In this document: one piece after another, positions 9,524 through 18,651 of the stretch | Layout of the letters: every line of letters starts with the position of its first letter | How positions within the stretch are numbered: position 1 is the first letter of the stretch | Assembly (NCBI GenBank): GCA_016186485.1 | Contig: JACPLN010000008.1 | Span: 8,673 to 72,672, forward strand | Direction: 5' to 3' | DNA from: Candidatus Nealsonbacteria bacterium | GTDB lineage: Bacteria > Patescibacteriota > Minisyncoccia > Minisyncoccales > UBA6532 | DNA: 64,000 bases | Translations under genes and position numbers: made by a program | The notes under the pieces: generated by a model | Told to the model about the DNA's origin: nothing | Seen by the model: only the letters and a program-made list of their open reading frames with translations | Databases searched by the model: none

Positions 9524-9766
9524 TTGGAAAGAATGAAGAAAAATCTTGAAATAATAGTGTGGTCAGTAATACTAGGCGTGGTATTTATAAACTCTCTCTT
9601 CGGAATAGAAATGTTTGGAGGAAAAGAAATTACCAGTAGACTTACAGGGTTAACATCTGCGCTATCGATCGGCCTAGCATTTTATTACACATCCAATCAA
9701 GAAAAATTTTTAGCGGGAGTGTTTGGGTCCATCGGAATACTCAATCTTCTCCAAGCTATCCAATAA
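9524..9766 (+). CDS. Hypothetical small membrane protein
   Basis: Three hydrophobic segments; own promoter and downstream hairpin. Confidence 0.6.
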   Translation: MERMKKNLEIIVWSVILGVVFINSLFGIEMFGGKEITSRLTGLTSALSIGLAFYYTSNQEKFLAGVFGSIGILNLLQAIQ

Positions 9767-9939
9767 CATAGTTCTGTAAAATCTCAGCTAAGAACTTTCT
9801 TCTAAGACGGGCAGACCAAAATCTTGCCCGCTTTTTTGTTTCATACGAAGTCATTTCCGCTTGTCAGAATATGGAGAGGACAGTCCTCTCCATATCCTCT
9901 CCATCTTCTACAAAAATCTATAAAAATAAAGGTGCCTTT

Positions 9940-10482
9940 TTAGGCAGCCTTTTGTTCTTCCAGATAATCCTTTACTCCCCTTACAAAAATCGGGGCCAGC
10001 TTGTATTCTTCAAAGAACACGCTAATGGATGAAACTGCTTTTAGCGATTGATACTGCACGGCCCACAAAAATCTGTAAATAATAAGGGCGGCGACTATCT
10101 GCAGAATTCTCCCTTCTTTTTGAACCTTATTCTCAACGCCGGCTATATTTTTGGCTTCTAAAAGAATATCTTTGGCAATCTTATCGGCTTCTTCTTCTTT
10201 TTCCATTATATTCCTTTCAGGATCCTCAACTTCAAATACAACCCAAGCCGTAAGAAAAGCTAAACTAATCTCCCTGCTTGCTCTTGCCCATCTCTTTTTC
10301 AGCACCTCTCTTCTGAACTCCTTAAGATTTTCATCAAGCAAAGCTAAAACGCCTTGGGGCAACCTGGACTTAAGCTGTTCTGCGCCGTATCTGGCTAATT
10401 CGTAACCTTCAAGAAGTTCTTTAAGCAATAAATCGCCAAGCTTGCCCCTCAGAGCTATCCAAAGCAAATCTTCAATGTTCAA
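9940..10482 (-). CDS. Hypothetical protein
   Basis: 180-aa ORF with TAGACA-N17-TATACT promoter upstream. Confidence 0.6.
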   Translation of the reverse strand: MNIEDLLWIALRGKLGDLLLKELLEGYELARYGAEQLKSRLPQGVLALLDENLKEFRREVLKKRWARASREISLAFLTAWVVFEVEDPERNIMEKEEEADKIAKDILLEAKNIAGVENKVQKEGRILQIVAALIIYRFLWAVQYQSLKAVSSISVFFEEYKLAPIFVRGVKDYLEEQKAA

Positions 10483-10537
10483 TTCAAAGACCTGGTTAAG
10501 TATAACATATTTCTATTACTGTGTCTACTTTTATCTG

Positions 10538-10566
10538 TTGACAAATACGAATTTGTACTGTATAAT
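10538..10566 (+). promoter_or_regulatory. Sigma70-type promoter
   Basis: TTGACA-N17-TATAAT, perfect consensus. Confidence 0.8.
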
Positions 10567-10584
10567 AGGACTAGTGACATATAG

Positions 10585-11919
10585 TTGAACCTTCAAAACA
10601 ATGTAGTAATCGTCACCCATCAATGGGTTGACGGCGATGGACTAATAGCCATCGCGAAACTGAAGCGTTTCGGGGAAAACAAGATACCGGGTATATCTAG
10701 CGCAGACATTCACTTTCACGACGGAGACACCGATCGGCTGCTGGAAATCACAAAATACTATCCTACGATAGTCTTTGTGGATAAAACGCCAGACGGAGAA
10801 TTCGAAGCAGTAAAGAAAATGACTACGGTAAGGATTGAGGCCTTTGACCACCATCCTCACGATAAGTTTCCTGGCAAGACAGCAACAAGCATAGTTTCAG
10901 AGTATCTCGGACTAAAAGATAATTTAAGCCAGAAATTAGACCGCTGGGCAAGCCGGTTTGACTTCCAAACTGGCGGAGACCCAATGGATCTAAGGTTTCT
11001 GGTAAAGGAAATGCATCATGCGTACACCGAGAAAGAAGTGACTGACTGGTTCATGGAACTAATGGATGCCTGCCACGAAACCGAAGACACCAAAGCAGAT
11101 GCAAAGACCGGACGAGAATTCTTCACTAAGGCCCTGGAAGAGCATCTCAATAAAGACCAAGACATGCCAGCAAAAGACATCTTCCAAAAATGGCTAGAAA
11201 GATCTAGAGGAGGGAAACCAATTGAAGATGACATGCATATAATCAACGCCGCAGGAAAGGTACTTGAAGTATTCGGCGAAAACAAAACTAGCGTATGGCT
11301 GGCTAAAGTATTCAACGCTGTAAATGACGGCCAAAGAGTATTCCAGAAAGCAAAAGAGGACTTGAAAAAATCAGAAATATCGGTATTCGGAAACATAGTA
11401 CTCATCAGCGCTGTAACGGAAAACCCGAGATTCAACCGATTCGTTAGAAGCCAGCAAGGAAATAATATGCTGCCTCTGTCAGCGCAAGAAAAACTTGGCA
11501 AAGGACACAATCCTATTGTCTTGCAAATCTGGCCGGAAAGAAAAGGATTCCAGATTTTCGGCAACGGATTAAAACTAAGGGATGTAGTTGGGGCTCTCAG
11601 GGCAGAACTTCTGAAAATACGAGGCAAACAAATACCGACTCACTGGACAGTGCTTAAAGACGGAGGAACAATCAGTAACACCGATCCTCTATACTACCAA
11701 ACAGGGGACTTCGAAATGCTGATGTGGGGCTCGCTAACCAGAAGCAAGGTGGCGCCTGTTGATATGCCGGAAGAAACAATAAAGAAGGCGGTAACTGTGG
11801 CTCTCGATCAGACATACCTCCACAAAGACTGCAAAGATTGCACTAACAAGGGTTGCCCATTCTACGAATGGCAGCTATACCGCTGCACACAACGCCGAAG
11901 AAACCCAAACGCTACCTAA
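10585..11919 (+). CDS. DHH/MYG1-like phosphoesterase-fold protein with C-terminal Cys cluster
   Basis: IVTHQWVDGDG (HxxxDxD), VFVD, FDHH; C-terminal CKDC...CPFY...C; start codon uncertain. Confidence 0.6.
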   Translation: MNLQNNVVIVTHQWVDGDGLIAIAKLKRFGENKIPGISSADIHFHDGDTDRLLEITKYYPTIVFVDKTPDGEFEAVKKMTTVRIEAFDHHPHDKFPGKTATSIVSEYLGLKDNLSQKLDRWASRFDFQTGGDPMDLRFLVKEMHHAYTEKEVTDWFMELMDACHETEDTKADAKTGREFFTKALEEHLNKDQDMPAKDIFQKWLERSRGGKPIEDDMHIINAAGKVLEVFGENKTSVWLAKVFNAVNDGQRVFQKAKEDLKKSEISVFGNIVLISAVTENPRFNRFVRSQQGNNMLPLSAQEKLGKGHNPIVLQIWPERKGFQIFGNGLKLRDVVGALRAELLKIRGKQIPTHWTVLKDGGTISNTDPLYYQTGDFEMLMWGSLTRSKVAPVDMPEETIKKAVTVALDQTYLHKDCKDCTNKGCPFYEWQLYRCTQRRRNPNAT

Positions 11920-11921
11920 GG

Positions 11922-11948
11922 GGGACGAAAGTCCCTTTATTTTTTTAT
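11922..11948 (+). terminator. Intrinsic terminator
   Basis: GGGAC-GAAA-GTCCC plus T-rich tail. Confidence 0.7.
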
Positions 11949-11971
11949 ATTTTTCTACGCATTCCATAATA

Positions 11972-12000
11972 TTGACAAAATTTTCAAGATAGAGTATAAT
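11972..12000 (+). promoter_or_regulatory. Sigma70-type promoter
   Basis: TTGACA-N17-TATAAT. Confidence 0.8.
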
Positions 12001-12017
12001 GTAGCCGTGATCCTTGA

Positions 12018-13259
12018 ATGACACAAAAGAAAAAAGGAGAAGTAAGGAAAACCTCAGGAATGGGAGGAGGAATAGACCTAACGAGACTCATTGAAAAGAC
12101 GGTAAAACCCGCCGAAAAACTGGAGTCAGCTGCCTCAGTCCAGACCACAGCACAACAAACAGCACAGAAACAACCCGAGCAAACGGCCATTGACGTAATG
12201 GAAACGATCGGAGTCACCAAAAAGCTGGTGACCTCACTTAAAGAGAAACGTTTCAACCCAGAGAAAGTCAAAGAGTACTACAGCCACCTGCAAGAGAAGA
12301 CAGAAGAAGACGCGGAAGCAATAGGTAAGCTCAACCAAGTGAAAGCGTTCCTTGAAAGAAGAAAGACGATGATGATCAGCGGCCCAGAGGACGAAAAGAG
12401 ATACTGGCTGCCTTCAATGGAAAAACAACACCTTGATGAGGTGATAAATCTGATCAACGAACTGAGAAAACTCAATACGATGGCTGCTAAGCTTGCGGAT
12501 GAGAAAGCCAAGTATATCAATGAGCAAAGAAGAGAAGTCTGGAGAATCCAGCACGAAGCTGAAGTAACAGCAATCAAACGCGGAAAGGAAGGAGAACAAA
12601 GGATTTCCCTGCACGAAGGATGTGAAGAGAAAGAAGGATTCATACCCCTAAAAGTCAGATACACAGACAGGGTAACGGGAAGAGACTTAGAAGCCTGGAT
12701 CAAAATCCAGGTTCTGGAGGGAAATGCCAGAATAGTTGAGGCGGAAAGAATAGCTCGCTGGATGGTCAATTACGGAACAGACAGAAACGGACAGCCAAAC
12801 TGGGTAAGACTAGACCCAGACACCAACTTCGGTTTCCGGGATGGAGAATCAGGATGGCCAAGAGCAATATCAGGCATATTGCCTCCTGCGCTTACCTCCC
12901 TCTACGAATGGGAGGAAACCAGGAAGATGGAGAAAGAGGAAGCGAAGAAGGTCTTACAAGAGGAAAAGGACAAAACAACTATAACGGTCTGCCAACTCCT
13001 GGAAGGAGAAAAAGGATACGTTGGCGGGCTCTCCAAAGGAGACTGGCAAAACATGAAATCCGGCAAAGTTGGATACTTGGCCGTCAGCGTAGAAGGAACC
13101 GGAGACCGCAAAGTGGTAGTGCGGTTTGTGCAAACACAACTTCACCAGCACTTTGTTCAAATGCTAGACAAAGAACAAAGCCTTGCCGACCTAGATCGCC
13201 AGCTGAAAGCCTTTCTCAACTGGCACGCAAACGGGGAGGAATCTAAAACTCCCGCATAA
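12018..13259 (+). CDS. Hypothetical protein (charged, coiled-coil-like N-half)
   Basis: 413-aa ORF with promoter; no recognised motif. Confidence 0.7.
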   Translation: MTQKKKGEVRKTSGMGGGIDLTRLIEKTVKPAEKLESAASVQTTAQQTAQKQPEQTAIDVMETIGVTKKLVTSLKEKRFNPEKVKEYYSHLQEKTEEDAEAIGKLNQVKAFLERRKTMMISGPEDEKRYWLPSMEKQHLDEVINLINELRKLNTMAAKLADEKAKYINEQRREVWRIQHEAEVTAIKRGKEGEQRISLHEGCEEKEGFIPLKVRYTDRVTGRDLEAWIKIQVLEGNARIVEAERIARWMVNYGTDRNGQPNWVRLDPDTNFGFRDGESGWPRAISGILPPALTSLYEWEETRKMEKEEAKKVLQEEKDKTTITVCQLLEGEKGYVGGLSKGDWQNMKSGKVGYLAVSVEGTGDRKVVVRFVQTQLHQHFVQMLDKEQSLADLDRQLKAFLNWHANGEESKTPA

Positions 13260-13375
13260 TAAACCCAATAAGGGGTTTTCATAAGCCTCCTGAATCAAGT
13301 CTAACTTGGTGAAGGAGGATTTTTTATCGTTTGTTTTTGTAAAAGATTATGTTAAAATTTAAAGTACGTAATAAT

Positions 13376-15235
13376 ATGAAACAAAAAAACCCAATCAAAA
13401 GCTTAGCAAACAATTTCCTGGCCATCATTTTAATCTTCCTGATGGTATCGGGCGTTTTTACTTTATTGTGGCAAGACTTTGAAAGGCCTACGGAAATCCC
13501 TTTAAGCCAGCTGGTGAAAGACATAAATAAAGAGGAGGTAAGTAAAATTACCGTTTCGGGAAACGACATTTTTATTGAATACCGGGACGGAAAAAAATCA
13601 CAATCCAAAAAGGAAGCCGAAGGATCTCTTTCTGAATCCCTGATTAACTACGGCGTAGATAAAAATAAGTTAAACTTATTGCAGGTTGAATCTAAGGAAC
13701 CCTCGGGAATTGCTGCCTGGATAGGCCCGATAATCATATTTATAGTCCCCCTGATATTATTTGGCGCATTTTTCTGGATGATATTCAGACAGGCAAAAAC
13801 AGGGGCAATGCAGGCTTTTGATTTTTCCAGAGCAAAAGCAAGGTTATTCGGCGCCGAAGGTCATCTTAAAGAAAGAATTACGTTCAAAGATGTTGCCGGG
13901 CTGCAGGAAGCCAAGGAAGAATTGAAAGAAATAGTTGACTTTTTGAAAAACCCAAAGAAGTTTCTGGCAATCGGAGCCAGAATTCCAAGAGGAGTGCTTT
14001 TGATGGGTCCTCCGGGAACTGGAAAAACCATGCTTGCAAGGGCGGTTGCCGGCGAAGCCAGGGTGCCGTTTTTGCATATTTCGGGTTCTGAATTCGTAGA
14101 AATGTTTGTTGGGGTCGGAGCTGCCAGAGTAAGAGACCTTTTCTCAACCGCAAAGAAGGCGGCCCCAGCCATTGTCTTTATTGACGAACTGGACGCGGTT
14201 GGAAGACATAGGGGAGCCGGGCTCGGAGGAGGACACGACGAAAGAGAACAAACCCTTAACCAAATTTTGGTGGAGATGGACGGTTTTGAAAGAGATACCA
14301 ATGTTATAGTCGTAGCGGCCACCAACCGCCCCGATATATTGGATCCCGCCCTACTGAGGCCGGGGAGATTTGACCGCAGGGTCGTTTTGGATTTGCCGGA
14401 TATTAAAGACAGGGAAGAGATTCTGAAAATTCACTGCAGGGAAAAACCTCTGTTTCAAGATGTTAAGCTAAGAGAGATAGCGGAAAGAACGCCTGGATTT
14501 TCAGGAGCGGACTTGGCTAACCTGGTAAACGAAGCAGCAATCTTAGCTGCAAGAAGAAATAAACAGCAGATTTACCAAGAAGAACTTTTAGAATCAATAG
14601 ACAAGGTTCTTTTGGGGCCGGAAAGAAAAAGCCACATCTTATCTCAGGACGAAAAGAAAATAGCCGCTTACCACGAAGCTGGCCACGCTTTAGTTGGCGT
14701 TTCCCTTCCTGGGGCAGAACCTGTAAGAAAAATATCTATTGTTTCTCGGGGCAGGGCCGCCGGATACACCCTGAAACTGCCGACGAAAGAAAAGCATTTA
14801 AAAAGCAAATCGGAATTCATGGCAGAAATAGCAACGGCCCTTGGGGGATATTGCGCAGAAAAAATAGTCTTTAAAGACATAACCACCGGCGCAGCCAACG
14901 ACCTGGAGAAAGCTTCTGACCTTGCCAGGCGCCTGGTAAAAGAATACGGGATGTCGGAAAAGTTAGGGCCGATTGCTTTTGGCGAAAAAGAAGAGCTGGT
15001 GTTTCTGGGAAGGGAAATCGGGGAACAAAGAAATTACTCTGAAAAAATAGCTGCCCAAATAGACAAAGAGGTCGCCAACATTATTAACAAAGCAATGAAG
15101 ACGGCAATTGGCGTTATCGGGAAAAAAAGGAGGATTTTAGACAGAATAGCAAAAACTTTGGCTGAAAAAGAAACAATTGAAAGAGAGGAATTTGAAAAAA
15201 TCATTAAATCCGGTGGGTCTAAAAAAAATGTATAA
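13376..15235 (+). CDS. ftsH: ATP-dependent zinc metalloprotease FtsH
   Basis: Two TM helices, [39 protein letters not shown]. Confidence 0.98.
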   Translation: MKQKNPIKSLANNFLAIILIFLMVSGVFTLLWQDFERPTEIPLSQLVKDINKEEVSKITVSGNDIFIEYRDGKKSQSKKEAEGSLSESLINYGVDKNKLNLLQVESKEPSGIAAWIGPIIIFIVPLILFGAFFWMIFRQAKTGAMQAFDFSRAKARLFGAEGHLKERITFKDVAGLQEAKEELKEIVDFLKNPKKFLAIGARIPRGVLLMGPPGTGKTMLARAVAGEARVPFLHISGSEFVEMFVGVGAARVRDLFSTAKKAAPAIVFIDELDAVGRHRGAGLGGGHDEREQTLNQILVEMDGFERDTNVIVVAATNRPDILDPALLRPGRFDRRVVLDLPDIKDREEILKIHCREKPLFQDVKLREIAERTPGFSGADLANLVNEAAILAARRNKQQIYQEELLESIDKVLLGPERKSHILSQDEKKIAAYHEAGHALVGVSLPGAEPVRKISIVSRGRAAGYTLKLPTKEKHLKSKSEFMAEIATALGGYCAEKIVFKDITTGAANDLEKASDLARRLVKEYGMSEKLGPIAFGEKEELVFLGREIGEQRNYSEKIAAQIDKEVANIINKAMKTAIGVIGKKRRILDRIAKTLAEKETIEREEFEKIIKSGGSKKNV

Positions 15236-15968
15236 GCTAATAATTTTTGATTTTGACGGCCCCATACTGGATTCTTTTAAAGTCGGGAGGGAGTCTATTT
15301 CGTTGGCAAGAAAAAGATTGATAGCCGAAGGGCTTATCGTTGCAGAAAAATTGCCGGAGCTTTCGGAAAAATCAATCATTGCCAACTGGGGCTACCCCGG
15401 CCCAATTGCCATCAAAAAATTATTTCCAGAACTTAACGAAAAGGAGGTTGCCGCTCTTGGCGTTGTCTGGGGCCAAACCCAGCAAGACAAAGAAATACCT
15501 TTTGTAGAAAAGACCGCGGAAACTTTAAAATACCTTAAAGACTCAGGTTACGCGATAGGGCTCCTAACGTCAAGAGTTTTTAATTTAGACTATCATCTTG
15601 AAAAGGGAAAACTATTTGAATATTTCAATTTTATCCAAAGCTGGCTGTACCCCGAAATCAAAAACCAAAAACCCATCCGCGAAAACCATTTTTTGGAAGT
15701 AGCATTCAAGCCAAATCCAGAAGTTTTTGAAAAAGTGCTTTTGTGGGTAAAGCAAAACAGCATAAAGAAAGAGGAGATATTAATGATTGACGACTCTTTA
15801 GTCGGCCTTAACGCCGCCAGAGGAGCTAACATTGAATTTTTAGGAGTTCTCACCGGACCCATGGCTTCAAAAGAAAAATGGCAAGAGTATGGAAACTTGG
15901 GGCCGGAATGTGTTATAAACTCTATAGCCGATCTGCCAAGCTGGCTTGAAAACCAAAAGCGCGTGTAG
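15228..15968 (+). CDS. HAD-superfamily hydrolase
   Basis: [12 protein letters not shown] motif I, KPNP, IDDS; stop codon lies inside the following tRNA. Confidence 0.85.
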   Translation: MYKLIIFDFDGPILDSFKVGRESISLARKRLIAEGLIVAEKLPELSEKSIIANWGYPGPIAIKKLFPELNEKEVAALGVVWGQTQQDKEIPFVEKTAETLKYLKDSGYAIGLLTSRVFNLDYHLEKGKLFEYFNFIQSWLYPEIKNQKPIRENHFLEVAFKPNPEVFEKVLLWVKQNSIKKEEILMIDDSLVGLNAARGANIEFLGVLTGPMASKEKWQEYGNLGPECVINSIADLPSWLENQKRV

Positions 15969-16032
15969 CTCAGTTGGTTAGAGCACCACTCTTATAAAGT
16001 GGGGGTCGATGGTCCGAGTCCATCCACGCGCA
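15959..16032 (+). tRNA. tRNA-Ile(UAU)
   Basis: Acceptor GCGCGTG/CACGCGC, D-arm TAGCTCAGTTGGTTAGAGC, anticodon arm CCACT-CTTATAA-AGTGG. Confidence 0.88.
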
Positions 16033-16135
16033 CAAAAACTAAATTGACCTATTGACAAATTTTGGAAACCGATGTATAAAGCACCTGGGAGACGTGATAA
16101 GAACGAGCGATGGAGTGACGGTTACGACTGTTGTT

Positions 16136-16405
16136 ATGTCCGCGGTGACAATAACCATAATTTTAGCCTTTGGTACATTGCCTGGATTATTTGCCGATGA
16201 ACAAAAAGCAATAGATATATTAGAGAAACAGGGTTTCAGTAATATAAAGATAGTTAATAAAGACTGGGTATTTGTAGCACTTGTTGGATGCGGACAAGGA
16301 GATGCTGCCATGTTTACTGCTCAGGCAACGAACCCGATCGGGAAAAATGTAGAAATAAAAGTCTGTGTTGGTTGGCCATTTAAAGGCGCAACAATCAGAA
16401 ATTAG
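16136..16405 (+). CDS. Hypothetical small exported protein (two Cys)
   Basis: N-terminal hydrophobic segment; start uncertain (the track ORF begins at 16052). Confidence 0.55.
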   Translation: MSAVTITIILAFGTLPGLFADEQKAIDILEKQGFSNIKIVNKDWVFVALVGCGQGDAAMFTAQATNPIGKNVEIKVCVGWPFKGATIRN

Positions 16406-16489
16406 TTTCTGCGTAACAAAAAGAGGTCAGAAATGACCCCTCTTTATTTTTGATAAAATATGGTGTATATTTAGAATTAGTTGGAGAAA

Positions 16490-16515
16490 GGGCGCGTAGC
16501 TCAATTGGTTAAAGC
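16490..16515 (+). pseudogene. tRNA 5' fragment (acceptor 5' strand plus D-arm only)
   Basis: GGGCGCGTAGCTCAATTGGTTAAAGC with no anticodon or T-arm following; downstream of TTGATA-N16-TAGAAT. Confidence 0.75.
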
Positions 16516-16581
16516 CAAGGTATACATCTAATTGTGAATAAGTTGTTTGAAAATTAGTACCTCTGAGCGTATAATGTATAA

Positions 16582-17277
16582 ATGAGATCAAAGTGGTACG
16601 AATTAAGGGGTACTGCGATCGGGCTGCGCAAAAGGGGGCTTTCAATGAACACAATTGAAAAGCGGTATGGAATAGCTCGCTCCACCCTCAGTGGTTGGTT
16701 TAGAAACGTAAAACTTACGCCAGCACAAAAGAAAAAATTATCACAGAACTCAAACGCTGCGTTAATTTCGGCACGTAAAAGGGCGGTTTTGTGGCATAAC
16801 GCACAAAAACAACGAAGGCTCAGAGAGGCAAAACTGCAAGCACTCCATACATTAAGAAAAATCAATCCTAAAAACAGGCATATTCTTGAACTCACGTTGG
16901 CTATCCTCTATCTTGGTGAAGGAAATAAAGCAAGTGTCGAAACAAGTATTGGTAACTCCGATCCACTAATATTAAAGTTTTTCTTATCTTGTTTGAGAAA
17001 AATATATAATTTTAATGTCGATAAGATAAGGTGCGAATTACATTTGAGAGCTGATCAAGATCCTGAAAGAATAAAACGTTTCTGGGCTAAGAAACTTAAG
17101 CTATCGTTAAGTAATTTTAAACAAGTCACTATTGATAAAAGAACGCTCGGATCAAAAACTTTCGCCTATTATAAAGGGGTCTGCGTACTCAGGTGCGCTA
17201 ATGTAGCAATCCAAAGAAAGTTATTATATCTTGCACGTTATTTTTGTGAACAAATAATAAAATCGTCGGGCTCATAG
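16582..17277 (+). CDS. HTH plus degenerate LAGLIDADG-like endonuclease-family protein
   Basis: N-terminal HTH (GLSMNTIEKRYGIARSTLSGW), LAILYLGEG helix followed by SIGNSDP...FF, very basic; leaderless after TTGAAA-N17-TATAAT. Confidence 0.65.
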   Translation: MRSKWYELRGTAIGLRKRGLSMNTIEKRYGIARSTLSGWFRNVKLTPAQKKKLSQNSNAALISARKRAVLWHNAQKQRRLREAKLQALHTLRKINPKNRHILELTLAILYLGEGNKASVETSIGNSDPLILKFFLSCLRKIYNFNVDKIRCELHLRADQDPERIKRFWAKKLKLSLSNFKQVTIDKRTLGSKTFAYYKGVCVLRCANVAIQRKLLYLARYFCEQIIKSSGS

Positions 17278-17342
17278 TTTAATGGTAAAGCGCGTCGTTG
17301 ACATCGACGAGAGCGCAGGTTCGATTCCTGCTGAGCCCACCA
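17268..17342 (+). tRNA. tRNA-Val(GAC)
   Basis: GGGCTCA/TGAGCCC acceptor, CGTCG-TTGACAT-CGACG, encoded CCA. Confidence 0.9.
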
Positions 17343-17363
17343 TCGCTAAGTTAAAAAAACAAA

Positions 17364-17990
17364 ATGCAAAATGCAAAGATTCTTTATGAAGACGAAAATA
17401 TAATAACGTATGATAAACCGGCTGGACTAAATTCAGATGATATTCCCCGTAGAATCCATAGGTTAGATAAGGATACCTCAGGTATATTCCTGGTAGCCAA
17501 AAACGATAGAACTCTAGAGTTTTTGCAAAAGCAGTTTCAAGGAAGAACGGTTGAAAAAAAGTATATTGCTTTGGTTGTCGGAAATGTTAAAAATGATAAG
17601 GGAATAATAGAAACTTTGCTTGGCAGATCTCCTAAAGACAGAAGAAAACAAAAAGTTTATTTCCAGGGCGAGCCCTTGTCTGAAGGAAAAAGGGAAGCAA
17701 AAACACTGTATAAAGTGTTGCAAAAATTCCAAAATTATGATTTACTTGAAATTGAGCCCAAGACCGGGCGAAAACACCAAATAAGAGCCCATCTTGCCTA
17801 TCTTGGCCACCCAATAGCCGGAGACAAACTTTATGGATTTAAAAATCAACCTTTTCCGCCGGGACTCTGCCGGCAATTTCTTCACGCAAGTTTTTTAAGA
17901 ATAAAATTGCCTTCCGGCGAAATAAAAGAATTTAATTCAAATTTACCAGAAGATTTAAAACTATGTCTAAAAACTTTGAAGCGTTTATAG
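17364..17990 (+). CDS. RluA-family pseudouridine synthase
   Basis: [33 protein letters not shown]. Confidence 0.95.
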   Translation: MQNAKILYEDENIITYDKPAGLNSDDIPRRIHRLDKDTSGIFLVAKNDRTLEFLQKQFQGRTVEKKYIALVVGNVKNDKGIIETLLGRSPKDRRKQKVYFQGEPLSEGKREAKTLYKVLQKFQNYDLLEIEPKTGRKHQIRAHLAYLGHPIAGDKLYGFKNQPFPPGLCRQFLHASFLRIKLPSGEIKEFNSNLPEDLKLCLKTLKRL

Positions 17991-18352
17991 GTTCACAACT
18001 GAAAGTAGATTTACCCGATATTCGTCCGGGTGATACTGTTCGAGTTTACCAAAAAATACCCGCCTCCGCCAAGTCTGATCTGGCTAAGACGAGCAAGAAA
18101 GAAGGCGTCAAAGAAAAGTCCCAGGTCTTTGAGGGCTTTGTTTTGGCGAGAAAACACGGGAAAGAAGCAGGAGCCACTATTACGGTAAGAAAAGTTATCG
18201 GCGGCGTGGGGGTAGAAAAAGTTTTTCCCCTGCACTCAAGAAATATTGAAAAAATAGAGGTTGTAAAAAAGGAAAAAGTCAGAAGGGCAAAATTGTATTA
18301 CTTAAGAGAGGCTAAGGGCGAAAGAGCAAAATTGAAGAGAAGGGAAGAATAG
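17963..18352 (+). CDS. rplS: 50S ribosomal protein L19 (with palindrome-derived insertion)
   Basis: [38 protein letters not shown]. Confidence 0.97.
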   Translation: MSKNFEAFIGSQLKVDLPDIRPGDTVRVYQKIPASAKSDLAKTSKKEGVKEKSQVFEGFVLARKHGKEAGATITVRKVIGGVGVEKVFPLHSRNIEKIEVVKKEKVRRAKLYYLREAKGERAKLKRREE

Positions 18353-18355
18353 TCT

Positions 18356-18440
18356 GCGGACGTGGCGGAATTGGTATACGCGTATGCTTGAGGTGCATAT
18401 GCCGTAAGGCTTGGAGGTTCGAGTCCTCTCGTCCGCACCA
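18356..18440 (+). tRNA. tRNA-Leu(GAG)
   Basis: TATGC-TTGAGGT-GCATA, long variable arm, encoded CCA. Confidence 0.93.
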
Positions 18441-18473
18441 AAACTACGAACTCTGCTCAATGCGTATGAGAAG

Positions 18474-18545
18474 GGGCACTTAGCTCAGCGGCAGAGCGAC
18501 CGCCTTACACGCGGTAGGTCGGAGGTTCAAATCCTCCAGTGCCCA
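18474..18545 (+). tRNA. tRNA-Val(UAC)
   Basis: GGGCACT/AGTGCCC, ACCGC-CTTACAC-GCGGT. Confidence 0.93.
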
Positions 18546-18651
18546 CTAAAATCTGACTTTTCATAAAGCTCTTACAGGCTTTTTTTCTTTCAATAAAACA
18601 AAACACCCCGATTTTAATCGGGGCGTCCTATGTAAACTAAGGTTAACGCGA

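Noticed and set aside
9870..9896. Perfect palindrome ATATGGAGAGGAC-A-GTCCTCTCCATAT as a mobile repeat
   Set aside because: Single copy between convergent genes; a bidirectional terminator is the simpler explanation
16490..17342. Group I intron-containing tRNA
   Set aside because: The downstream tRNA is complete with its own 5' end, the stub's acceptor strand (GGGCGCG) pairs imperfectly with its 3' strand (TGAGCCC), and there is almost no non-coding room for a ribozyme core
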